Shown one piece after another: positions 27,885 to 35,240 of a stretch of DNA of 35,240 nucleotides. Source of the DNA: Nanobdellati archaeon (GTDB lineage: Archaea; EX4484-52; WAPT01); assembly GCA_015520605.1 (NCBI GenBank), contig WAPT01000015.1, positions 1 through 35,240 on the forward strand, read 5' to 3'. Position 1 is the stretch's first letter, and each line of letters opens with the position of its first letter. The notes beneath the pieces are model-generated. The model worked only from the letters and a program-made list of their open reading frames with translations. It was not told the DNA's origin and made no database searches. Both the position numbers and the translations under genes were made by a program.

Positions 27885-28817
27885 ATGGCGGAAAAAGTTT
27901 ATGATGTTGCGGTTATTGGTGGTGGCCCGGCAGGTATGACTGCAACACTTTTTTGTGCAAGATATAACTTGCGTGTGGCGCTCGTGTTCTCAAAGCTTGG
28001 TGGAGCGATGGCTGAAGCGCACATCATCGAGAATTACCCTGGCTTCAAAAGCATAGGCGGTATGGAGCTTGCTGAAAAAATGTTCGAACAGGTAGCTTCC
28101 TACAGCAATGTTGAAGTCGTAATGGACGAGGTCATAGATGCAAGAAAGGATGGGGAGTTGTTTGTGTTAACAATCCGTGAGAGGGAGATAAAAAGCAGGG
28201 CATTAATCCTCGCGGTGGGGATGCAGAGAAGGAAGCTGAGCGTTAAGGGTGAGGAGGAATTCTTGGGGAGAGGTGTTTCATACTGCGCAACCTGCGATGG
28301 CATGTTTTTCAGGGATAAGGTGGTTGCAGTTATCGGAGGTGGTGACGCAGCCTTCGATGCCATTCTCTTCCTTTCCAACATAGCGAGAAAGGTCTACCTG
28401 ATTCACAGAAGGGAGGAGTTCAGGGCAGAGGAAATTAAGGTGGAAGCTGCAAAGAAGCTAAACAACGTTGAGTTTATTCTAAACAGTGTAGTTGAGGAGC
28501 TGGATGGAAAGGATAAGCTGGAGAGGATCAAGGTGAAAAATATTAAGACGAATGAGGAAAAGTGGTTGGACGTTGATGGACTCTTCATAGAGATAGGTTC
28601 GGTACCATCAGCTGTTCTTGCACAGAAACTCGGTGTTGAACTTGACGAGCATGGATTCATAAAGGTCAATAGTGATATGAGCACGAATGTGGGGGGTGTG
28701 TTTGCAGCAGGCGACATAACCACAGCTTCAGCAAACGTGAGACAGGTGGCAACTGCCGTTGGGGAAGGTGCTATAGCTGGTGTGAGTGCTTACCTTTACC
28801 TCAAAAAGAAAAGGTAG
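27885..28817 (+). CDS. trxB: Thioredoxin-disulfide reductase
   Basis: GGGPAG, IENYPG, GVSYCATCDG, GGGDAA, HRREEFR and GVFAAGD motifs. Confidence 0.96.
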   Translation: MAEKVYDVAVIGGGPAGMTATLFCARYNLRVALVFSKLGGAMAEAHIIENYPGFKSIGGMELAEKMFEQVASYSNVEVVMDEVIDARKDGELFVLTIREREIKSRALILAVGMQRRKLSVKGEEEFLGRGVSYCATCDGMFFRDKVVAVIGGGDAAFDAILFLSNIARKVYLIHRREEFRAEEIKVEAAKKLNNVEFILNSVVEELDGKDKLERIKVKNIKTNEEKWLDVDGLFIEIGSVPSAVLAQKLGVELDEHGFIKVNSDMSTNVGGVFAAGDITTASANVRQVATAVGEGAIAGVSAYLYLKKKR

Positions 28818-28824
28818 CCCGCTT

Positions 28825-29559
28825 ATGAAAACGTTTGTCCTAGTTTTGAGGGACGAGGAGGAAAGAAAAAATATAACATCTATAATCAAGTCCATTGGCT
28901 TTGAGGAGGAAGAGGACACGCCAGATTTTGTTGTCTGTGTGGGTGGCGATGGCACAGTTCTTGTGGCTGAGAGATTGTACCCTTCTATCCCGAAGCTCTG
29001 TTTCAGCAAGCACACTTCCTGCAGAACATGTTACTTCCATGCCGAAAAGATGACGGAAGTCCTAAGAAAAGTCAAGGAGGGTTCTTACGAGATAGTGGAG
29101 AAGATGAAACTCGAGGCAGAATTCAATGAGAAAACAAAGAGAGCCCTCAATGAAGTGCAACTGCACAACAAAAAGCCAACTCACGCAATAAGGTTCAGCG
29201 TGAAAATAGAGCAGCGTAACCATGCACATCTCTCCAGCAAGCTTGGAGATATCATGGTCTTTGAGAATGTGGTGGGAGACGGTATCATAATTTCCACACC
29301 GTTCGGATCAACAGCTTATTATTATTCAGCTGGCGGAGACCTGTTTGATGAGGGAATAGGGGTGGCGTTCAACAATCCCCACAACTGCAGAATTAGACCG
29401 TTTGTGGTCGGCGAGGATTCAGCTATCTCGGTCACACTCGAGCGAGGGGAGGGCTTGTTGATAGCTGACAACGATGAGAACTGGATAGAGATAAAGGAAG
29501 GGGAGAGATTTACCGTAAAGAAAAGCGGGGAAAAAGCGAAGTTTATTGTGGTGAGGTGA
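28825..29559 (+). CDS. nadK: NAD(+) kinase
   Basis: GGDGT, ALNE and GDGIIISTPFGSTAY..SAGG motifs; start moved to ATG 28825. Confidence 0.9.
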   Translation: MKTFVLVLRDEEERKNITSIIKSIGFEEEEDTPDFVVCVGGDGTVLVAERLYPSIPKLCFSKHTSCRTCYFHAEKMTEVLRKVKEGSYEIVEKMKLEAEFNEKTKRALNEVQLHNKKPTHAIRFSVKIEQRNHAHLSSKLGDIMVFENVVGDGIIISTPFGSTAYYYSAGGDLFDEGIGVAFNNPHNCRIRPFVVGEDSAISVTLERGEGLLIADNDENWIEIKEGERFTVKKSGEKAKFIVVR

Positions 29560-30746
29560 AAAGAATGGAAAAGGAAAAGGTTTTTGAACTGCACAGTCTC
29601 GGCAAGATAGAAGTGGTGTCGAGAGTGGTTCTTGACAGCAGGGATAAACTGGCTGCAGCGTACACACCCGGAGTCGCGGAGGTTTCTAAAGCGATAAAGG
29701 AAAATCCCGTGCTGGCTTACGATTACACCAGAAAGTGGAACCTCGTTACTGTGGTAAGTGACGGTTCAGCGGTACTCGGACTTGGAAACATTGGAGCTTG
29801 CGCTGCCATACCCGTCATGGAGGGAAAGGCCGTACTTTTCAAGGAGCTTGCCGGTGTGGACGCTTTTCCAATCTGTATCGACACGCAGGATGATGAGAAA
29901 GTTGTGGAGGTTGTGAGAGCAATAGCACCTGTTTTTGGAGGCATAAACCTTGAGGATATAGCCGCACCGCGGTGTTTTGTGATAGAGGAAAGACTGAAGA
30001 AGCTGCTTGATATCCCTATTTTCCATGATGATCAGCACGGCACTGCAATTGTGGTTCTTGCAGCTCTCACGAACGCTCTGAAGCTCGTGGGTAAGGGAAA
30101 GGAAGTGAGGGTGGTGATTTGCGGGGCCGGTGCAGCCGGAACGGCCATAGCAAAGCTTTTACTAAATTTTGGCTTTAGGAACATAGTTGTGTGTGATAGC
30201 AAAGGTGTGATTCATCAAGGAAGGGAAGACCTTAACTTTGCGAAGAGGGAGCTTGCTGAAATAACAAATCCTGAAGGAATGGAAGGTACGCTTGCAGACG
30301 CGATGAAGGGTGCGGATGTTTTCATAGGAGTCTCAGCCCCTAATATAGTCACAAGGGAGATGGTGGAATCCATGAATGATAACGCTATTGTTTTTACAAT
30401 GGCAAATCCTGTGCCTGAGATAATGCCGGATGAGGCAAAAAAGGGCGGTGCAAGCATCGTAGGTACTGGAAGAAGCGATTTTCCAAACCAGATAAACAAC
30501 GCTCTCGCTTTTCCCGGGGTCTTCAGGGGAGCTCTTGATGTTAGAGCTAAAGAGATCAACGAGGAAATGAAAATAGCGGCGGCAATGGCCATAGCCCGCT
30601 ACACAGAAGAAACGGGGTTAAGCGAGAACAGAGTTGTGCCGGAGGTCCTTGATAGAGCTCTGCACCAAGCTGTAGCGAGAGAGGTCAGCAGAGTAGCGAT
30701 AAGAACAGGAGCCGCAAGAATAAAGCCAGAAGAAGGGGAAAACTAA
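29556..30746 (+). CDS. Malic enzyme (NAD(P)-dependent, short MaeB-N-type)
   Basis: AYTPGVA, DGSAVLGLGNIG, MEGKAVLFK, NLEDI, FHDDQHGT, GAGAAG and TGRSDFPNQINN motifs. Confidence 0.95.
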   Translation: MKRMEKEKVFELHSLGKIEVVSRVVLDSRDKLAAAYTPGVAEVSKAIKENPVLAYDYTRKWNLVTVVSDGSAVLGLGNIGACAAIPVMEGKAVLFKELAGVDAFPICIDTQDDEKVVEVVRAIAPVFGGINLEDIAAPRCFVIEERLKKLLDIPIFHDDQHGTAIVVLAALTNALKLVGKGKEVRVVICGAGAAGTAIAKLLLNFGFRNIVVCDSKGVIHQGREDLNFAKRELAEITNPEGMEGTLADAMKGADVFIGVSAPNIVTREMVESMNDNAIVFTMANPVPEIMPDEAKKGGASIVGTGRSDFPNQINNALAFPGVFRGALDVRAKEINEEMKIAAAMAIARYTEETGLSENRVVPEVLDRALHQAVAREVSRVAIRTGAARIKPEEGEN

Positions 30747-30749
30747 GGT

Positions 30750-31049
30750 CTATGCTGTCATTTCTGCAGCCTCCTCTTGTTCCTGCCTCTCTGATATGCT
30801 TATGTGCTTAATTATCACGACATCTCCTATGGCCTTTATCATGGAATATGGAACTATAATGCCTTTCTTGCCGCCAAGTTCCATTTCAAGATAAGAGCCC
30901 CGCGCTATGCTTATCACGATGGACCTTACCCTGAACTTGCTCATATCGAGCTCAATATCCTCAACCTTCCCGCAGTACATCCCTCTATCGGTAAACACAT
31001 CCTTCCCTCTTATGGATTTTGTGTCAAGCACATTTACTGACATCAGCAT
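30750..31049 (-). CDS. PRC-barrel domain protein (CdpB-like archaeal cell-division family)
   Basis: GKDVFTDRGMYCGKVEDIELD and IIVPYSMIKAIGDVVII; start 31049 or 31043. Confidence 0.85.
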   Translation of the reverse strand: MLMSVNVLDTKSIRGKDVFTDRGMYCGKVEDIELDMSKFRVRSIVISIARGSYLEMELGGKKGIIVPYSMIKAIGDVVIIKHISISERQEQEEAAEMTA

Positions 31050-31148
31050 TCACCCTTAAAGAGTTGTCCAAGGTTTGGATGATATTGAGATTTAAAAAAT
31101 TTAAATAGTTATGTAAGATGATGATATTGGCTTGCCTGTGTAGGCTTT

Positions 31149-31272
31149 GTCGGGGTCGCCTAGCCTGGTAGGGCGCGGGCCTGCTAAGCCCGTGGCCGTA
31201 AGGCCGCGCGGGTTCAAACGCCTTCACCACCTTTATTGGGTGGTGTGGCTGGAAGTCCCGCCCCCGACGCCA
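31149..31272 (+). tRNA. tRNA-Ser(GCT) with a 37-nt intron at position 59/60 (31219-31255); CCA encoded
   Basis: Acceptor GTCGGGG/CCCCGAC, anticodon GCT at 31183-31185, long variable arm GGCC-GTAA-GGCC, T-loop TTCAAA^T restored on intron removal. Confidence 0.93.
31219..31255 (+). other. Archaeal tRNA intron with bulge-helix-bulge motif
   Basis: Central helix UUCA/UGGA, bulges AA^C and AG^U, flanked by the T-stem and GCC/GGC; internal hairpin CACCACC/GGUGGUG. Confidence 0.9.
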
Positions 31273-31492
31273 ATTTCTTGATTTTTCTTCCATATGATTA
31301 TTTTGAGTAGTTGTGTTGTCATGGTTACTTTTTTTGAAATGTATTCTCATAAATAGAAATTTTTATTAAGCATCTTAGTGAGCAGTTAATACTACCTAGT
31401 GTTCGCCCAAGCTTCTACCTTCGATTTAATTTATTTAGGTCTAAGAAACTTTTCAGAGTCTCTCTAAGCAAAAAACTTGGAGGTGGTGAAAA

Positions 31493-32741
31493 ATGATAAG
31501 AGTAAATGTAGGGGCAGTCGTTCGAGGAGGATCCTCTCAAGGCGGGAAAAGAGGCTGCAAGTCAAGCACTTGATGGAATTAAAGGAAAACCTTCTCTCTC
31601 CTTGGTGTTTTGCTCCGCAAAATACGATCCCAAAAAGCTACTGGAGGGTATAAGAGGTGTAATAAAGGGTCCATTAATAGGCTGTACGACTGCCGGTGAG
31701 ATTACAAATGGCGGTGTTGCTACGGGTTCTGTGGCAATCATGTGCATAGAGAGCGATAAAATAAAGGTAGGTGTTGGTGTGGGTGAGAACATTAGTAGGA
31801 ACGCAAGAGAGGCAGGACAGAAGGTTATGATCTCTGCGATGAAGAATCTAGGGGAGGATATCAGAACAGCGTCTCAAATTTTCATAAAGACACCTTCAGG
31901 AAGGTTCGCGGCACTTACAGAATATTCAGCAATAATACTCCCTGACGCACTCAGTGGTGGTGGTGCGGATATTGTGAGGGGAGTAATGGATGTTGTGGGT
32001 ACAACTTTCCCGACTGTAGGAGGCTCTCCCGGAGATGACCTGAAAATGGAGAAAACATACGAAATGTCCAACGATGATGTGTATAGCGATGCCGTGGTTG
32101 GTGCTATTCTCAAGTCCGAGTTCGCGACGGGTTTCGGAGTAAGACACGGGTGGCAGCCAGCCAGTGAGCCATTTATAGTGACGAAATCCAAGGGCGGAAC
32201 GATATACGAAATCAACGGAGAGCCCGCGATCAAAATCTACGAAAAATTCTTCAAAAGGGAAATTAAGGAGAGAGAGCTTGGAAAAGAATTCACGATTTAC
32301 TCTCTTGGAATTCCAGAAATTGAAGGGGGTTACAGACTCAGATGGCCTATAATAAGGAACCCTGACGGTAGTATCGTCTGTGCTGCAGAGGTTCCAGAGG
32401 GTAGCGTTGTCAGAATTATGAGGGGTGATGAAAAAGCGATGATAGAGGCTGCAAGAGAGGCCGCGGAAGAGGCGGTTCAGAGGGCGGGAGAGCCTGAAGA
32501 AATTGTAGCGTGTATTGTGTTTAACTGCATCTCGAGAAAAGAATACCTGAAAGATAAAGCCAGCAAAGAGGTAGAAGCCATCAAGAAAATAGTTGGTAAG
32601 GACACCCCCATAATAGGTTTTGAGACCTACGGAGAGATAGCACCGACGGCTGGAGGACCTCTAGGGTTCCACAATCAGACAATAGTAGTCTATGTAATTT
32701 CAAAATCGACACTTGGAGAGCTAGTGGCAAGAACCCTCTAA
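31493..32741 (+). CDS. FIST (FIST-N + FIST-C) sensor protein, with a +1 frameshift at G run 31511-31514 as sequenced
   Basis: GGAGGTG SD then ATG 31493; removing one G gives MIRVNVGQSFEEDPLKAGKEAASQAL...LVFCS; IGCTTAGEI, GGSPGDD, HGWQP, CISR, GFETYGEI and HNQT motifs. Confidence 0.85.
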
Positions 32742-32753
32742 GGTGCAGAGACC

Positions 32754-33017
32754 ATGATGGAAAAGGTAATCGAAAACATTCTTTTGAATTTTTCAAAAAT
32801 TTGTGGAACAACTCTGGTAGAGAAGCTCGCTAACAAGGCGGTGGAGGAAAGTGGGGTCAGCATAAAAATAGAGAACATGAAGATCGGAGGAGAGCTCACT
32901 AAAAAAGATGCAGAAAAACTTATCTCGACCATGAAAGAGGTGTTTGCAAGTGTTTTTGGAATGCCAGTAACAACAAGTATATTCCAGAAAGCGATGAGCA
33001 ATGTTGGCTCGCACTAG
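32754..33017 (+). CDS. Small alpha-helical hypothetical protein co-transcribed with FIST
   Basis: 87 aa, starts 12 nt after the FIST stop with AAGGTG upstream. Confidence 0.7.
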   Translation: MMEKVIENILLNFSKICGTTLVEKLANKAVEESGVSIKIENMKIGGELTKKDAEKLISTMKEVFASVFGMPVTTSIFQKAMSNVGSH

Positions 33018-33049
33018 TCTCACAGTTCAAAGAGAGCGTCAGCGAGCTC

Positions 33050-34060
33050 TCAATCGACTCTGAACCTCAGAAAAGCAGCAATACCTCCAAGTCTCTCAAA
33101 CATCCTGCCAGCATCATGACTTGTGTGGATCACAACAATCTTTCCTCCTCCTTCTTTAACCTTTTTCATAATCTTTTCAGTATCCTCATTTCCAAGGAAA
33201 CTTTCAACTATGAGAAGCTTCTCAACGGCCATCATTTCTGCAGCTCTATTTACATCTTCCTTACCATAGGTCACGAGATGACTCTCCTTTCTAATCTCCG
33301 CTAACAACTGCTCCACAATTCTCGTCTCTTCTGAAATCTTAATTCCACCTATAATCTTATCGAGGTAACCTCTTTTTATGACCTCATTGATCCCAGTTAC
33401 ACCGGTAACTGAGCAACTCTCCACAATGGCCTTCTTCTTTAGCTCATCGGGAAGCGTAGCATAAAGCTCATCCTTTCTGAATCCTGGTCCCGCTATTATG
33501 ATCCCATCAACATTTCTTGTGTTTTCCTCAATAACCTTTCTTACTTCAGCAATAAACCTCTTGCTTTCCTCATCCTTGCTTTCATAACTCTTTCCTCCCC
33601 CTCTTTTTCTTATTGTGGTGATCAGCTTCCAGTCAAGTTCTGTTGCAATAGCAACGTCTGCTTCTCTCTCATCAATTACACAGATAAACACCCTTAGCCC
33701 TTTGTAGCGTGAAGCTTCCTTCAGTTTTATTATGTCAGCTTCCCTCCATTCTTCCTTCCAAAGGTCTATAATATCCCCTTCCTTAATACGGAAGGAGTGA
33801 TAACCTCTCGTGACATATTCCGGAGCTTCCACGATCGGACCAAGAAGTTTTAGAACGGTACCTTCCATCTCCACCCTTTCAACTTTTATTTTCAAGTATG
33901 CTGGCTTTTTTTCCTTCACACCCTCAATCTGCACGCTTCTCAGGTCCTTCTTCCCGACGATGTCTCCTGCCTTTATCACATCCTTTAATGTGAGAAGATC
34001 CTCGTAGTGTTGAATTTTCAACCTCGTCCTGTCCTTGAGATCGAGCTTTATTATCTGCAT
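33050..34060 (-). CDS. pelA: mRNA surveillance / ribosome rescue protein pelota (aDom34)
   Basis: EDLLTL..VI..GD, YHSF, IAGPGF.K, GINEVIKRG, VTYG and LGGIAAFLRF motifs; start moved to ATG 34060. Confidence 0.93.
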   Translation of the reverse strand: MQIIKLDLKDRTRLKIQHYEDLLTLKDVIKAGDIVGKKDLRSVQIEGVKEKKPAYLKIKVERVEMEGTVLKLLGPIVEAPEYVTRGYHSFRIKEGDIIDLWKEEWREADIIKLKEASRYKGLRVFICVIDEREADVAIATELDWKLITTIRKRGGGKSYESKDEESKRFIAEVRKVIEENTRNVDGIIIAGPGFRKDELYATLPDELKKKAIVESCSVTGVTGINEVIKRGYLDKIIGGIKISEETRIVEQLLAEIRKESHLVTYGKEDVNRAAEMMAVEKLLIVESFLGNEDTEKIMKKVKEGGGKIVVIHTSHDAGRMFERLGGIAAFLRFRVD

Positions 34061-34131
34061 GATTGTGTTTTTTCGCCAAAATTTTAAATACAAGGAAAAC
34101 CAAACCTCAAATTGAACGGGGGTGGCTGTCA

Positions 34132-35240
34132 ATGGAAAATTTCGTTAAGGTGTTCTTGGTTGCTGTGCTCATACTTCTGGTGGGAGTAGCGATGTCCATC
34201 CGAATCTTCAAAATACCAGGAATCGGAGAGCATGATAACATCACCATCTACTCCGTTTCAATACCTTCCTTCGGCGAAATAGGAGAAACATCCAGAACAA
34301 TCATGCTGGGGAATGTTAATGTTGGGGATACCGCAGGTACGGATATTGTGGTGAATGCATCAAACGTGGTAGTAAAGAACGGATTGTTCTCCAGCAACTC
34401 CCAGAGCTTTGTGGTGAACGGTAAAAACATAACCAGAATAATTATTGAGGGAGATGTGGCAGAGACGAACATGTATGGAGATCTCATAATCAGGGTGAAC
34501 GGAAAAGATGTCTATCATGCTAAAACCTCGCCCAAAAAAATAAAAATTGTGGTAAATGATGTCAACCCCACCCACAACGAAATTGAGATAAGCTGCGAGA
34601 GTTCTGGTCTGAAATTCTGGGCCCCAACAACCTACGTTTTCTCATACCTGAAGATCTACAAGGTCGATTACACATACAGGGAATACACTAAAGGCTTTGT
34701 TGTTTATCCATATGAGATCGATGGTTTTAAGAAAGGGGAGATCGTTTTCAATGTGGATGAGGCAATAAAAAACGAAGACCTCTGCATTGATATAAACAAC
34801 GTGAATGTTTACTGTGCCAGACCGCAGGAGAGCCCCCTCCCTTACAAAATCGATTTCGACAAAGCAAGCGTGAATCTCGCTGCCGGAGAAAACACGCTGA
34901 GAATTTACAGCGGAAGGAACTCAGCTTACAAACTGAGTGATGTGAGAATCAGCATATACTACTATGGGGCAACACAGAAGAGCTACAGGAGTTATGAGTT
35001 TAATATGGATGAGCGATTACTTGAGATGATGAGGGAGGAAAACAGGAGTCTCGTTGTTGTAGGGAGGGTCGGCACGTTGAACGCAAGGGGTGTGCTCGAG
35101 ATCAGATTAAACGGAAGGGATGACTGCGCTCTGGAGTTTCCCATCAGAACCGATTATGAAACCTTCACTCAGAAAATAAAGCTGAGTTGCATAAAACCCG
35201 GTACGAACATTTTGAGTGTGGCAACAACGGGGAGTTTTGA
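34132..35240 (+). CDS. Secreted/membrane-anchored beta-rich surface protein (partial, runs off right edge)
   Basis: ATG 34132 with hydrophobic N-terminus MENFVKVFLVAVLILLVGVAM; frame open to the window end; SSGLKFWAPTTY segment; absent from the ORF track because it has no stop. Confidence 0.8.
   Translation, partial: MENFVKVFLVAVLILLVGVAMSIRIFKIPGIGEHDNITIYSVSIPSFGEIGETSRTIMLGNVNVGDTAGTDIVVNASNVVVKNGLFSSNSQSFVVNGKNITRIIIEGDVAETNMYGDLIIRVNGKDVYHAKTSPKKIKIVVNDVNPTHNEIEISCESSGLKFWAPTTYVFSYLKIYKVDYTYREYTKGFVVYPYEIDGFKKGEIVFNVDEAIKNEDLCIDINNVNVYCARPQESPLPYKIDFDKASVNLAAGENTLRIYSGRNSAYKLSDVRISIYYYGATQKSYRSYEFNMDERLLEMMREENRSLVVVGRVGTLNARGVLEIRLNGRDDCALEFPIRTDYETFTQKIKLSCIKPGTNILSVATTGSF

Noticed and set aside
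31506-31511. ATG TAG in the FIST frame, suggesting amber readthrough
   Set aside because: The SD-positioned ATG at 31493 plus a one-base indel explains the FIST N-terminus better
31273-33050. Integrated element downstream of tRNA-Ser
   Set aside because: No integrase, and no direct repeat of the tRNA 3' end found in the window
1-35240. CRISPR arrays, transposases, tandem repeats
   Set aside because: No regularly spaced repeats or mobile-element motifs were seen by eye

Overview
Archaeal chromosomal window with compact, mostly housekeeping gene content. Archaeal origin rests on CarS, Pth2, pelota, Taw3, archaeal TruD, an AMMECR1 protein, ADP-forming acetate-CoA ligase, a SAMP and a BHB tRNA intron. 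The streamlined layout, mostly leaderless genes and surface-protein style suggest a DPANN-like lineage, possibly thermophilic (inference only). It holds about 40 CDS, tRNA-Val(TAC) and tRNA-Ser(GCT), the latter with a non-canonical T-loop intron (59/60) in a perfect BHB motif. Two RNAs are invisible to the ORF track. One is a box C/D guide sRNA (21920-21983, minus) whose guides fit the 23S P-loop (Gm2251 equivalent) and the peptidyl-transferase region, directly upstream of an RbgA-type GTPase. The other is an unidentified ~170-nt, 62% GC structured RNA (25311-25480, minus) with its own TATA box and T-tract. Other oddities: a 1410-aa surface protein with an apparently inactive C25/caspase-fold domain, a PRPP synthase with a four-Cys insertion, three orphan winged-helix-like genes, a SAMP-TrxB-NAD kinase-malic enzyme operon, and a FIST sensor plus small partner. 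Two single-base homopolymer insertions are apparent: one creates a phosphatidyltransferase-Pth2 fusion and one frameshifts FIST, and both may be sequencing errors. No CRISPR array, transposase or integrase was seen. All family calls come from motif recognition, not database searches.
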